Shown: piece after piece, positions 31,001-40,291 of the stretch | Numbering within the stretch: the stretch's first letter is position 1 | Layout: each line of letters starts with the position of its first letter | Position numbers and translations under genes: made by a program | Assembly: GCA_964291285.2 (NCBI GenBank) | Contig: OZ219787.1 | Coordinates: forward strand, 704,001-768,000 | DNA: 64,000 nucleotides | Direction: 5' to 3' | DNA from: Alphaproteobacteria bacterium | GTDB lineage: Bacteria > Pseudomonadota > Alphaproteobacteria > Bin95 | The notes under the pieces: model-generated | Databases searched by the model: none | What the model saw: only the letters and a program-made list of their open reading frames with translations | Told to the model about the DNA's origin: nothing

Positions 31001-31326
31001 AGCTGATGGCCATAGCGGACCCGAACGACGGCCAGTGGGTCCGGGGCCGCGGCTGGGTTTCCTCCCTGATCGCGCTGATCGGCATGGAGATCCGCGACTG
31101 GATGGTCGAGCTCGGCCATATCGATCCGGACGAGCCCCTGCCGCCGATCAAAGCCGGACCGGCGCCCGGCACCGAACGTCCCGCCGGCCCGGTCTGCCCC
31201 AAGTGCCACCAGCCCGGGATGATCCACCAGGAAGGCTGCGACGTCTGCCCGTCCTGCGGCCATTCGAAGTGCGGCTGACCGCGTCCCCCGACGACGGGCG
31301 GCAGCCCTACAGGAGTTAACGATCCC

Positions 31327-32034
31327 ATGACATCCTTGCCCCGACATCTCCCATCCATCCTGGCCGCTACCGCACTGCTTGCCTTCGCTCTGCCGGCGCA
31401 AGCCGAAACACTGTCCGGCCAGGCCCGCGTTATCGATGGCGATACCTTCGCCGTGGCCGGCGAGCAAATCCGGCTCGACGGCATCGACGCCCCGGAGACC
31501 AGGCAGACCTGCACCCGCGACGGCCACCCCTGGGCATGCGGCAGGGCCGCCACACAGGCCATGCGCCAGCTCATCGGCCGGACCCCTGTCCGCTGCGAAG
31601 TGAGCGGCAGGGACAAGTACGGCCGCGCGATCGCCGCCTGCTTCGCAGCCGGCCGGGACCTGCAACAGCAGCTGGTCCGGCAGGGCCTTGCACTCGCCTA
31701 TCGGAAATACTCCACACGCTACGTACCGGACGAGGAGGCGGCCCGGGCCGAAGGAGTCGGCCTCTGGTCCGGAGAGTTCACCGCGCCCTCGGACTGGCGG
31801 AAGCAAAACCGAAATCGCCAGGCGAAGATACACCGGCGCCCGGGAGCGAACTCTTCTTCCCGCGCCGGCTCCCCCTGCCGCATCAAGGGCAATATCAGCA
31901 ACGCCGGCCGCATCTACCATGTCCCCGGAGGCAGGCACTACGAGCAGACCCGGATCAACACCTCCAAGGGCGAACGCTGGTTCTGCAGCGAGGCCGAGGC
32001 CCGAGCCGCCGGCTGGCGGCGCGCCCGCCGATAA
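31327..32034 (+). CDS. Secreted thermonuclease (SNase-like) with C-terminal IKGNI domain
   Basis: Signal peptide (..PAQA), VIDGDT, IRLDGIDAPE, DKYGR, CRIKGNIS..IYHVPG..WFCSE.EA.AAGWR. Confidence 0.92.
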   Translation: MTSLPRHLPSILAATALLAFALPAQAETLSGQARVIDGDTFAVAGEQIRLDGIDAPETRQTCTRDGHPWACGRAATQAMRQLIGRTPVRCEVSGRDKYGRAIAACFAAGRDLQQQLVRQGLALAYRKYSTRYVPDEEAARAEGVGLWSGEFTAPSDWRKQNRNRQAKIHRRPGANSSSRAGSPCRIKGNISNAGRIYHVPGGRHYEQTRINTSKGERWFCSEAEARAAGWRRARR

Positions 32035-32242
32035 CCGCGATCCCTTCGAACCCATCAACGGAGCACCGCACATGCCCGGCGCCACGCTTCCCATCCGCGT
32101 CGAGGTCTCCCACCTCGTGACAGACGAGCCCACATGGATCCAGGAGTGGAACGGAACCGAGATCACCACCACCCGACTTCCAAACGCCGATCCCGACGCC
32201 GGCGATATCGACGACTGGGGCGGCTACGCCTTCAATGACGAA

Positions 32243-33269
32243 CCTGCTTATTCTCAAGGATCATCCTGCAATGAGTAGTTGATATGGGATGGGTTGTGTT
32301 CTGACGGCGCTGTGAAGGAAGCGTGGGATCATGGAGTTGAGTTGGTATCGTCGGTTGTATCGCCATGCGAAGCTGGCGAGGTAGCGTTCGGCATGGTCGG
32401 GACCGAGCTTTCGGTAGGTTCCGGCGATGGCGCTCTTGATGTTGCCGAGGGTCGTGTTGACCCATTTGAAGGGGGCCATGCGGGCTGCCCGGCGGCCTGA
32501 GCCGGTACGGATGGCGCTGTGGCTTGCGGCGATGCCGTCGAGGGCGTTCCAGCAGTGCAGGGCATCGGTGACGACCTCCGTCCCCGGGGCCAGCCAGCGT
32601 TTGGCGCCGCGCGCGATCTCGCGCTTGCGGAAGCCCCTGACCGGGACGAGCTTGACCTTGCGCGGAGCCCCTTCGGCGCTGGTCGAGACCGCCGCCACGA
32701 AGGGCGTCTTGCCCGGCGCGCCCCGGCCGCGCTTGCCGCCGGAGCGCGACCCGCCGAGATAGGCGTCGTCCATCTCGACCCGTCCTTCGAGCCGCGTGTC
32801 GGCTTCGCGCCGGGCCATCACCGCCATGATCTTCTGCTTCATGCTCCAGGCGGTCGGCTGCCTGACCCCGAGGCGGCGACCGAGTTCCACCGACGAAATG
32901 CCGTTCTTCGCCGTCACCACAAGGTGGATCGCCGCAAACCACAACGTCAGGGGCAGCTTGGTCGAGTGGAAGATCGTCCCCGACGTCACCGAAACCTGCT
33001 TCTTGCAGCGGTTGCACTGGTAAAGCCTGCGCCCGGCAAGAATGCAGTGCCCCCGATGCCCGCAGGAGCCGCACTCGAAACCGTTCGGCCAGCGCAATCG
33101 GGCTAGCACCGCCCGGCACTGATCCTCCGTGCCGAACGACGCTCGGAACGCATCGTCGCTCAAGCCACGAACACGCGATGCAACCTTGAATGCCATATCC
33201 ATGACCTCCCGATAACAGAAACCCTTCCAAACCTACAATCTCACAAGATGACTCTCAAGAATAAGCAGG
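32243..33269 (-). mobile_element. IS1595-family element
   Basis: IRs CCTGCTTATTCT...; 8-bp duplication ATGACGAA (32235-42, 33270-77). Confidence 0.93.
32261..33202 (-). CDS. IS1595 transposase
   Basis: RWPNGFEC Zn ribbon, GTIFH, VEMDDAYLGG, GKRGRG, VVTD and WVNT.LGN.K motifs. Confidence 0.95.
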   Translation of the reverse strand: MDMAFKVASRVRGLSDDAFRASFGTEDQCRAVLARLRWPNGFECGSCGHRGHCILAGRRLYQCNRCKKQVSVTSGTIFHSTKLPLTLWFAAIHLVVTAKNGISSVELGRRLGVRQPTAWSMKQKIMAVMARREADTRLEGRVEMDDAYLGGSRSGGKRGRGAPGKTPFVAAVSTSAEGAPRKVKLVPVRGFRKREIARGAKRWLAPGTEVVTDALHCWNALDGIAASHSAIRTGSGRRAARMAPFKWVNTTLGNIKSAIAGTYRKLGPDHAERYLASFAWRYNRRYQLNSMIPRFLHSAVRTQPIPYQLLIAG

Positions 33270-33383
33270 ATGACGAATGGGAACGCGTTTTCGCGAAATG
33301 GGCCCCGCAGGAAGTGGCCGACGAGATCATCGATCTGCAAAACGGCGCCGGCTTCAACGCACGCCTCCTGCCCCAGGGTCATC

Positions 33384-34316
33384 ATGGCTGAGCACACCCT
33401 CATCGAATGGGCAGACGAGACCTGGAACCCCATCACCGGGTGCAGCGCCGCCAGCCCGGGCTGCCGGCATTGCTACGCCGTCCGCAGCGCCGCAAGCCGG
33501 CTGAAGAACCATCCCTCCCGGCAGGGCCTGACCCGCCAGACCAGGACCGGCCGGGCCTGGACCGGCGAGGTTCGCTTCAACGAACAATGGCTGATCGAGC
33601 CGCTCCGCCGGCGAAACCACAAACGCATATTCGCATGCGCTCACGCGGACCTCTTCCATCCAGCCGTCCCTACCAAATGGATCGACCGCATCCACGCCGT
33701 CATGGCGCTCGCCGACCGGCACGACTTCCAGGTCCTGACCAAGCGGTCCAGGCGCATGCAGGCCTATTTCGCCGATCCGGACCTGGACGAGCGCGTAAGG
33801 GAAGCCGCCCGCGAACTTCAATCGATCTATCCCCGCCACGTCGACCCCGACAGACTTGCGGGACAACCGCTGTTCCCGCTTCCCAACGAATGGCTGGGCG
33901 TATCCGTCGAGGACCCCCCTCGCACCTACCGCATCGACGATCTGCGCCGAACCCCGGCCGCGCTCAGGTTCATCTCCTTCGAGCCGCTTCTGGAGGGTAT
34001 CAACCCTCCCGACCTCACGGGAATTTCCTGGGCGATCGTGGGCGGCGAAAGCGGCCCCCGCGCCCGCCGCATGTCCGTGAACTGGGTCCACTGGATCCAC
34101 GACGCCTGCTTCGAGCAGAACGTCGCGTTCTTCTTCAAGCAGTGGGGCGGCCCGCGTCCGAAGAGCGCCGGGCGGCTGCTCGACGGCGAGCTTCACGACA
34201 CCATTCCGCAGCGCCTGGAGGACGGCTCGTACTTCATCCCGCTGCCCGCAGAGAACCGCAACCTCGATGCCGCCATCCGCAGGACGGAAGCATTTCTGGC
34301 CGCGTCGCAAAAATGA
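33384..34316 (+). CDS. Phage Gp37/Gp68-like (DUF5131) protein
   Basis: IEWADETWNPITGC..SPGC.HCYA, DLFH, FQVLTKR, FISFEPLL, GGESG and FFFKQWGG motifs. Confidence 0.92.
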   Translation: MAEHTLIEWADETWNPITGCSAASPGCRHCYAVRSAASRLKNHPSRQGLTRQTRTGRAWTGEVRFNEQWLIEPLRRRNHKRIFACAHADLFHPAVPTKWIDRIHAVMALADRHDFQVLTKRSRRMQAYFADPDLDERVREAARELQSIYPRHVDPDRLAGQPLFPLPNEWLGVSVEDPPRTYRIDDLRRTPAALRFISFEPLLEGINPPDLTGISWAIVGGESGPRARRMSVNWVHWIHDACFEQNVAFFFKQWGGPRPKSAGRLLDGELHDTIPQRLEDGSYFIPLPAENRNLDAAIRRTEAFLAASQK

Positions 34317-34511
34317 CGGGCGCAGCAATCGTGCTCCCACCCGTCAGGACCGGATGCCATGACTACAGACCACCCACCGACGCCACCGCTTTCCGAGCTG
34401 TCTGCACCCGGAACCTTCAAACTTTCGCACATCCCCTTCCATTCGCTACTCTTCGATAAGTGGCCGGGCCATGCCATCGCCCGCGCCGGTTTCGATGCTG
34501 CGGACTGATTG

Positions 34512-36098
34512 ATGTTCGATATCCCGCCTGACCTCTCGCGCGTCGCTCTCTACGCGCGCTACTCGTCCCACCTCCAGAACCCGAAGTCGATTCAGGACCA
34601 GCTTGCGGAATGCCACCGTCACATCCAAAATCTGGGCGGCACCGTCATTGCTGAATTCGAAGATCCCGCACTGTCCGGGTCGACCGCATCATCGAGACCC
34701 GGTCTTCAGGCCTTGCTCCAGGACTGCCGCAACGAACGGTTCACCGCAGTCTGCACCGAAGCGCTCGACCGAATCAGCCGCGATGTCGGTGATACTGCCA
34801 TCATACGCAAGAAACTCGCGTTCAACCGGATCGCACTCATCACCATCAGCGAAGGCGTCGTCGGACCCATCGTGGCAGCGTTCAAAGGAACGATGAACGA
34901 AATGTTCCTCCACGACCTCGCCAAAAAGACCCGCAGAGGCCAGATCGGCCTCATCCGCCAAGGACGCCAGATCGGCCCCCCCGCATACGGATACCGTCTT
35001 GCAAACCGCATCGATGGCTCCAAGGTCATTCGCGGCCTTCGCGAAATCGATCCCGAGACATCACCAATCGTTCGACGCATCTACCGCATGTATCTTGAAG
35101 GACGCTCCGCGCGCGCCATCGCCCGCACCCTCAACGAAGACGGAATCCCCCCGCCCCGCACAGCCAAAGCATGGAACCACAGCGCGCTAACCGGCGCTCA
35201 CTCGTTCTTCGGCATCCTGACCAACCCGATATACAAGGGCAACGTTCACTACGGCGTCATCGAAACCGCCATTGATCCAGCCACCGCCAAGCGGGTATAT
35301 CGAACGCAGCCCAAGCATACTTGGGAAGTCACACACGTTCCTCACCTCCAGATTATCGATGAAAAAACCTGGGACGCCGTCCAGGAACGCATCCACTCGC
35401 GCTCTCTTCCCCGAAGGCATCTCACTGGCGCGCCAGCTCTCGCCCGCGGCGCCATGCCCCTCACGCCGCTGCTGCGATGCGCCAAATGCCATGGCCCCGT
35501 CCGCACCATCGCACGCAATCGATGGGCCTGCCAGGCGAGCAGGTCCAACAGCGCATGCTCGTGCAACGCCAGAACCTTCGTCCTGCGCGACGTCGACCTC
35601 CGATGCGCCCGCCAGCTCCTCTCCTGGATCCGCCGCGGCAAGCAATGGGATCACATCGTTCAGGAAGCACAGAACCGCATCGTGGAAACCCGCGCCCATC
35701 TCGAAGCCGAAATTACCGACCGCACGCTCCGGCAAAGCCGCCTCATAACGGCTGTCGAAACCGGCGCCGACGTCCCGGAAATGCACAAACGAATCGTGGA
35801 ACTGTCTCAGGAAATCGCCAACCTTAAAGCCGAACTCGCCCGCAACGCAGACCACTCCCCCCTTCAGGCGAACAGCCGCGACATCCGCCCTATCCTCGTA
35901 GACCGCGCCCGCCGCATCCAGTCCGACATCGAAACCGGCGCCCCCGAAATCCGAATACCGGCAACCATCGAACTGGCCGGGTTCCTCGAGCATGTCGACA
36001 TGTCGCCCGGCCCGGGACCGGGCAAGGCCCGACTAAGAATTCGGCCGAACGTGATCTCCCTCATTCGCGCAGCGACCAGCGCACCGGCCGAGGCCTGA
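34512..36098 (+). CDS. Large serine recombinase
   Basis: LYARYSS catalytic motif, DRISR, PAYGY, NPIYKG, LLRCAKCHG Zn ribbon and coiled coil. Confidence 0.92.
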   Translation: MFDIPPDLSRVALYARYSSHLQNPKSIQDQLAECHRHIQNLGGTVIAEFEDPALSGSTASSRPGLQALLQDCRNERFTAVCTEALDRISRDVGDTAIIRKKLAFNRIALITISEGVVGPIVAAFKGTMNEMFLHDLAKKTRRGQIGLIRQGRQIGPPAYGYRLANRIDGSKVIRGLREIDPETSPIVRRIYRMYLEGRSARAIARTLNEDGIPPPRTAKAWNHSALTGAHSFFGILTNPIYKGNVHYGVIETAIDPATAKRVYRTQPKHTWEVTHVPHLQIIDEKTWDAVQERIHSRSLPRRHLTGAPALARGAMPLTPLLRCAKCHGPVRTIARNRWACQASRSNSACSCNARTFVLRDVDLRCARQLLSWIRRGKQWDHIVQEAQNRIVETRAHLEAEITDRTLRQSRLITAVETGADVPEMHKRIVELSQEIANLKAELARNADHSPLQANSRDIRPILVDRARRIQSDIETGAPEIRIPATIELAGFLEHVDMSPGPGPGKARLRIRPNVISLIRAATSAPAEA

Positions 36099-36108
36099 CC
36101 CGCGCTTC

Positions 36109-36399
36109 TCAGCGCCGTCCGGCAACAATGTCGCGAAAGACCTTGCCGGCCCGGAACCGGACCCGCTTGTGGGGCGGCACCACAACCACACCGCCCGTTG
36201 CCGGGTTCCTCGCGCGGCTCTCCGCGATCTCCCTGACGCGGAACGTCCCGAACCCCCTCAAGGTCAACTCTCCATGTTCGGCAAGCGTCCTCATCTGCGC
36301 ATCCAGAACGACCGATACGAACCCCATCGCCGCCTGCCTGTCCACGCTGAGCATCTGGGCAACTTTCGCTGCTACTTCCGTCTTTCCAGCCGTCATCAT
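36109..36399 (-). CDS. HU/IHF-family DNA-binding protein
   Basis: LRGFGTFRV..SRARNPATG..VRFRAGK motif. Confidence 0.92.
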   Translation of the reverse strand: MMTAGKTEVAAKVAQMLSVDRQAAMGFVSVVLDAQMRTLAEHGELTLRGFGTFRVREIAESRARNPATGGVVVVPPHKRVRFRAGKVFRDIVAGRR

Positions 36400-36617
36400 C
36401 CGCTCCCCTTCCAAAACCCTTCGCAGTCAATAACCCCGCCGCGTTTCTCTGTCCACCCGAACACCCTCAATCCCTTTTCCTGCCCCGATCTTCGCCGTCA
36501 ATCAAACTGCGTAAAATGCAGCAATAACCTGGATGATTTCCTCATGCGACTCTCGACGAATTCCTCCTTTCCGAGTATACTCGAACCCCTTGTAAACAGC
36601 CCTTCCGGAGCACTTGC

Positions 36618-36896
36618 ATGGCCCGTTGCCGACACCCATCCACCACCCTCATCTTCGAGGGCTCCCAGACCAGCCGGACCCGCATCCAGATATACCAGTG
36701 CCGTCACTGCCGGGCCGTCCAGTCTCACGTCGTCGAAGCCGGCCGCGTCGAGGTCCACGACTGGAAACCACTTCCCTTCCCGGCCCTGCCCGTTCGAGAC
36801 CAATTGCGCTGCCTTCTCGCTCTTGCGAAGCCGCCGATGCCTCTTCCTCTCCATGCTCTGAACAGCGACCAGGCGTTCGACCGCGCGCACGCCTGA
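36618..36896 (+). CDS. Hypothetical small protein with CxH/CxxC
   Basis: GGAG RBS, MARCRHP...YQCRHC; otherwise unrecognised. Confidence 0.35.
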   Translation: MARCRHPSTTLIFEGSQTSRTRIQIYQCRHCRAVQSHVVEAGRVEVHDWKPLPFPALPVRDQLRCLLALAKPPMPLPLHALNSDQAFDRAHA

Positions 36897-37204
36897 TCGT
36901 CTCCTCCCGACCTCCCTCAAACTCACCGGCGCCTGGCATCCCGGCGCGCATGCGAGTGCAGGAAAGCGCCTGTCGGACGGGCCTTCCCTTGTACCGATTC
37001 CCGGTTCCCCCGTTTTGCCGTCATCGCCTCCGCCCGGTCCCGGTTTCAACTCCATGAACCCACTTCCGGCTTTCGACCCGGGCACGTCATCCATACGAAA
37101 CCGCCAGTTAAGGGAAGGTCCTGTTCCGATAAGCGTTGAGGCGGTCCGGGTCCTCCCCGGGTCCCCGCGCTTGCTTCTCCCTGCAAACGACGAGGCAGTG
37201 CCCA

Positions 37205-39349
37205 ATGGCGATACCCGCTTCCGCCGCGGTCATCCAGACCGTCCCCCTTTCCCATCTCTTCCTGGCCCCGGAGAATGTCCGCGCGACGCCTCCGAGCAAG
37301 AGCGCCCAGGCCGAGCTGAAGGCCTCGGTCTTCAATCACGGCCTCCTCGAGAACCTGGTCGTCCGCGAGAGCGATCCCGCCAGGAACGGCGATCCCCGGT
37401 TCGGGGTCCTCGCAGGTGGCCGGCGCCTGGCCGTGCTCCAGGAGCTCGCCTCCGAAGGCGATATCCCCACCGACCATCCCATCCCCTGCATAGTCGCCAC
37501 GGCCGACACCCCGGCCGAGGAAATCTCGCTCGCCGAGAACGTCGTTCGCCTGGCGATGCACCCGGCAGACCAGGTCTCGGCCTTCTCCCGGCTTCTGGAT
37601 GCCGGAGCCAGCGTCACCGAAGTCGCCACCCGCTTCGGGGTCTCGCAGCGCCTGGTCAAGCAGCGCATGCGCCTCGGCAATGCCGCTCCCGAGATCATCC
37701 AGGCGTTCCGCGACGACCGTATCGACATGGAGACGCTGCAGGCGTTCAGCCTGACCACGGACCACACCCGCCAGATGGCCGTGTGGGAACAGCTCTCCGG
37801 CCTATCCTACCGGCCCAACGCCTACCAGGTCTCACGCATGCTCACCTCCGAGCGCGTGCCCTCCGGCGCCGCCATCGCCCAGTTCGTCGGCATCAATGCC
37901 TACAAGGCCGCCGGCGGCACGTTCCTGCGCGACCTGTTCTCCACCCGCGCCACCACCTGGCTCGACAATCCGGACCTCCTGAACGAGCTCGCCATGGCCA
38001 AGCTCACCGAGGAAGCGGAAAAGGTCTCCGCCGACTGGAAATGGGCGGTCCCGATGATCGAGGTTGAGTGGGCAACCACCGCCCAGCTTGGCCGCGTCTA
38101 TCCCGTCCCGGCCGAGCCGACCGAAGACGAGCAGAAGGCGATCGACAAGCACCGCGAGCGCATTGCCCGGATCGAGGCCACCGCCGAAGAAGACTGGACC
38201 GAGGAACTCGGCCAGGAACACGCCGCCGCCCACAGCGAGATCGCGCGCATCGATGGCGAGGTTGCCTCGCGCGCGGCCTACACGGACGAGGACAGGGCGA
38301 TCGCCGGCTGCATCGTGACGATCGACCGCGACGGCGCGCTGAGGACGCTCACCGGCCTCGTCCACCCGGACGACATGCCCGAGGAACCCGAGGAGGACAC
38401 CGCCTCGACGGGCACGCCGCCGGGTCCGGACCCGGACCGCTACCGCGCACCCGCCGACCGCAGCCCCGACCCCCACGCCGCGGCACGCAAGGCCGCGGGG
38501 ATCGGCATCGGCCTCGCCGACGACATGCGGGCCATCCGGACCACCACCGTCAAAGCGCACCTGCAAAAGGACTTCGAGGCGGCCTTCGACCTTCTGGCGT
38601 TCCAGATGGCACGCGCCGTCTTCGCGCAGGGCTACAACTACCAGCCCACCAGTCTCGACATCTCCTTCTCCCGAACGCAGACCCGTCCGACCAACCGCGT
38701 CAACGACCGGGACTTCGACACCTGGAATCCCGACGCGGGCAAGCTCGACGACGTATCGGACCTGCCGTTCGACTGGCTGGAAGACCCCTCCGCCCCCGGA
38801 TGCTTCGAGGCCTTCCGCGCCCTCTCCATGGACGACAAGCAGAAGCTGTTCGCGGCTGCCGTCGCCCGCACGCTGAAGGGCCAGCTCGCGTTCGAGCACG
38901 CTGCGCTGCCGGAGTTCGAATCGACCGTCGCCCGGCTCGATATCGACTTCGCCTCGCAGATTCGCCCGACCGCCGACATGTTCTGGTCGCGGATCAACAA
39001 AAGCCAACTCCTCGATATCGCCCGCGAGACGCTCGGCCCCGACTGGGCCGCCACGCACTCGAAGCAGAAGAAGACCGAGCTGGCGTCCGCCATGGAGAAG
39101 GCCTTCGCCGCCGGCGAGGTCCCGCTCGGGGTGACCGCCGCGGGGCATGCCGCCGCGCTGGCCTGGGCGCCGCCCGGCTTCGCGGCCTTCAACAACATCG
39201 TCGACCCGCCGGCCGGTCAGCAGGACACTGGCGACGGCTCCGAGGCCTCCGCCGCCTCCGAGGCACCGGACATCCCCGAGGCCGCCAACGACGACACCGA
39301 GACCGCCCCGGCCCCGGAGGTTCCGGAGTTCCTCCGCAACGTCTCCTGA
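37205..39349 (+). CDS. Long ParB/RepB/Spo0J-family protein (plasmid leading-region type)
   Basis: PENVR, GLLENLVV, AGGRRL, SLAENVVR..MHPADQ, HTH, C-terminal FWSRINK..K.KK.ELA. Confidence 0.92.
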   Translation: MAIPASAAVIQTVPLSHLFLAPENVRATPPSKSAQAELKASVFNHGLLENLVVRESDPARNGDPRFGVLAGGRRLAVLQELASEGDIPTDHPIPCIVATADTPAEEISLAENVVRLAMHPADQVSAFSRLLDAGASVTEVATRFGVSQRLVKQRMRLGNAAPEIIQAFRDDRIDMETLQAFSLTTDHTRQMAVWEQLSGLSYRPNAYQVSRMLTSERVPSGAAIAQFVGINAYKAAGGTFLRDLFSTRATTWLDNPDLLNELAMAKLTEEAEKVSADWKWAVPMIEVEWATTAQLGRVYPVPAEPTEDEQKAIDKHRERIARIEATAEEDWTEELGQEHAAAHSEIARIDGEVASRAAYTDEDRAIAGCIVTIDRDGALRTLTGLVHPDDMPEEPEEDTASTGTPPGPDPDRYRAPADRSPDPHAAARKAAGIGIGLADDMRAIRTTTVKAHLQKDFEAAFDLLAFQMARAVFAQGYNYQPTSLDISFSRTQTRPTNRVNDRDFDTWNPDAGKLDDVSDLPFDWLEDPSAPGCFEAFRALSMDDKQKLFAAAVARTLKGQLAFEHAALPEFESTVARLDIDFASQIRPTADMFWSRINKSQLLDIARETLGPDWAATHSKQKKTELASAMEKAFAAGEVPLGVTAAGHAAALAWAPPGFAAFNNIVDPPAGQQDTGDGSEASAASEAPDIPEAANDDTETAPAPEVPEFLRNVS

Positions 39350-39373
39350 CCGCCCTATCGGCAACCTTCCATC

Positions 39374-39409
39374 GCCCCGCCAGACCCGCTCTGGCGGGGC
39401 TTTTCTTTT
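39374..39409 (+). terminator. Intrinsic terminator
   Basis: GCCCCGCCAGA/TCTGGCGGGGC stem followed by TTTTCTTTT. Confidence 0.85.
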
Positions 39410-40291
39410 CCGCGCCTGCACCAGGAACCCGCCCATGAACGCATCCGCCTTCCCGCGCTCGATCCGGGCGCGCATCGACGAATCCACCCTCGACCGCGTG
39501 CCGAGGATGTTCTCCGCCAGCATCGAGGACATCGTCGCAGAGACCCTCCAGAACGCCCGCCGCGCCGGCGCCACCAGGGTCGATATCAAGGTCGAACGCC
39601 CGATCCCTTCGGCCGAGCAATCCCACCGCATCACCATCTGCGACGACGGCGCCGGCATCGCGGACCCCGGCGTCCTGCTTTCCTACGGGCAGAACGGCTG
39701 GAACCGCGACCTCATCGAGCGCGAAGACGCCGCCGGCATGGGCTTCCTCAGCCTCGCACGCATCGGCTGCACCGTCGCCTCGCGCCCGCAGTCCCTCAAC
39801 GGCCGGGCCCATGACGGCTGGCGCGTCCAGCTCGACACCGAGCACTTCACCGGCAAGGTCCCGGCGTCTGTTACCCGCTACGAACAGGCCCCGTGGCCCC
39901 ACGGCACGTCGATCGCGTTCCTGATCGTCACCCACGTCATGAACATCCGCAACGCCATCGCCAACGCCTGCCGCTACTATCCCCTCCCGGTCACCTTGTC
40001 CGGGCTCCCCGATTCGCCGCCTCCTGGCGAACCTCTTCCCCGCAAGGACTTCCTCGAGGACGCAATCCACGAGCAATCCTGGGAAGGCATCCGGATCGGC
40101 ATTCTCGCGAACAGCCGCCGCCCCTACCGCGAGCCCACCATCAACTTTCACGGCCACACGATCGAAACCGGCCTGCCGCATGAATCGTCCATCGACGGCC
40201 CGGACTGGTCCGTCCGTATCGACATCGAGAACTGCCCCGAGCTGGAACTCGTCCTCCCGGCCCGCAAGGAACTCGTCGCGACACCGTTCAT

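Larger units (their letters stand above)
25553..31278 (+). pseudogene. nrdJ: Class II (B12-dependent) ribonucleotide reductase split by IS1634::IS256
   Basis: N part (FLPAGRIL, TLINCFV, GGGIG.DFS.LRPKG) ends at 26275; C part from 29755 ([34 protein letters not shown]-terminal Cys cluster); removing the insert restores MRATYDCAEPG in frame. Confidence 0.95.
32072..33391 (+). pseudogene. Small hypothetical gene split by IS1595
   Basis: GGYAFNDE|WERVFAKW rejoins in frame and ends overlapping the next start. Confidence 0.7.
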
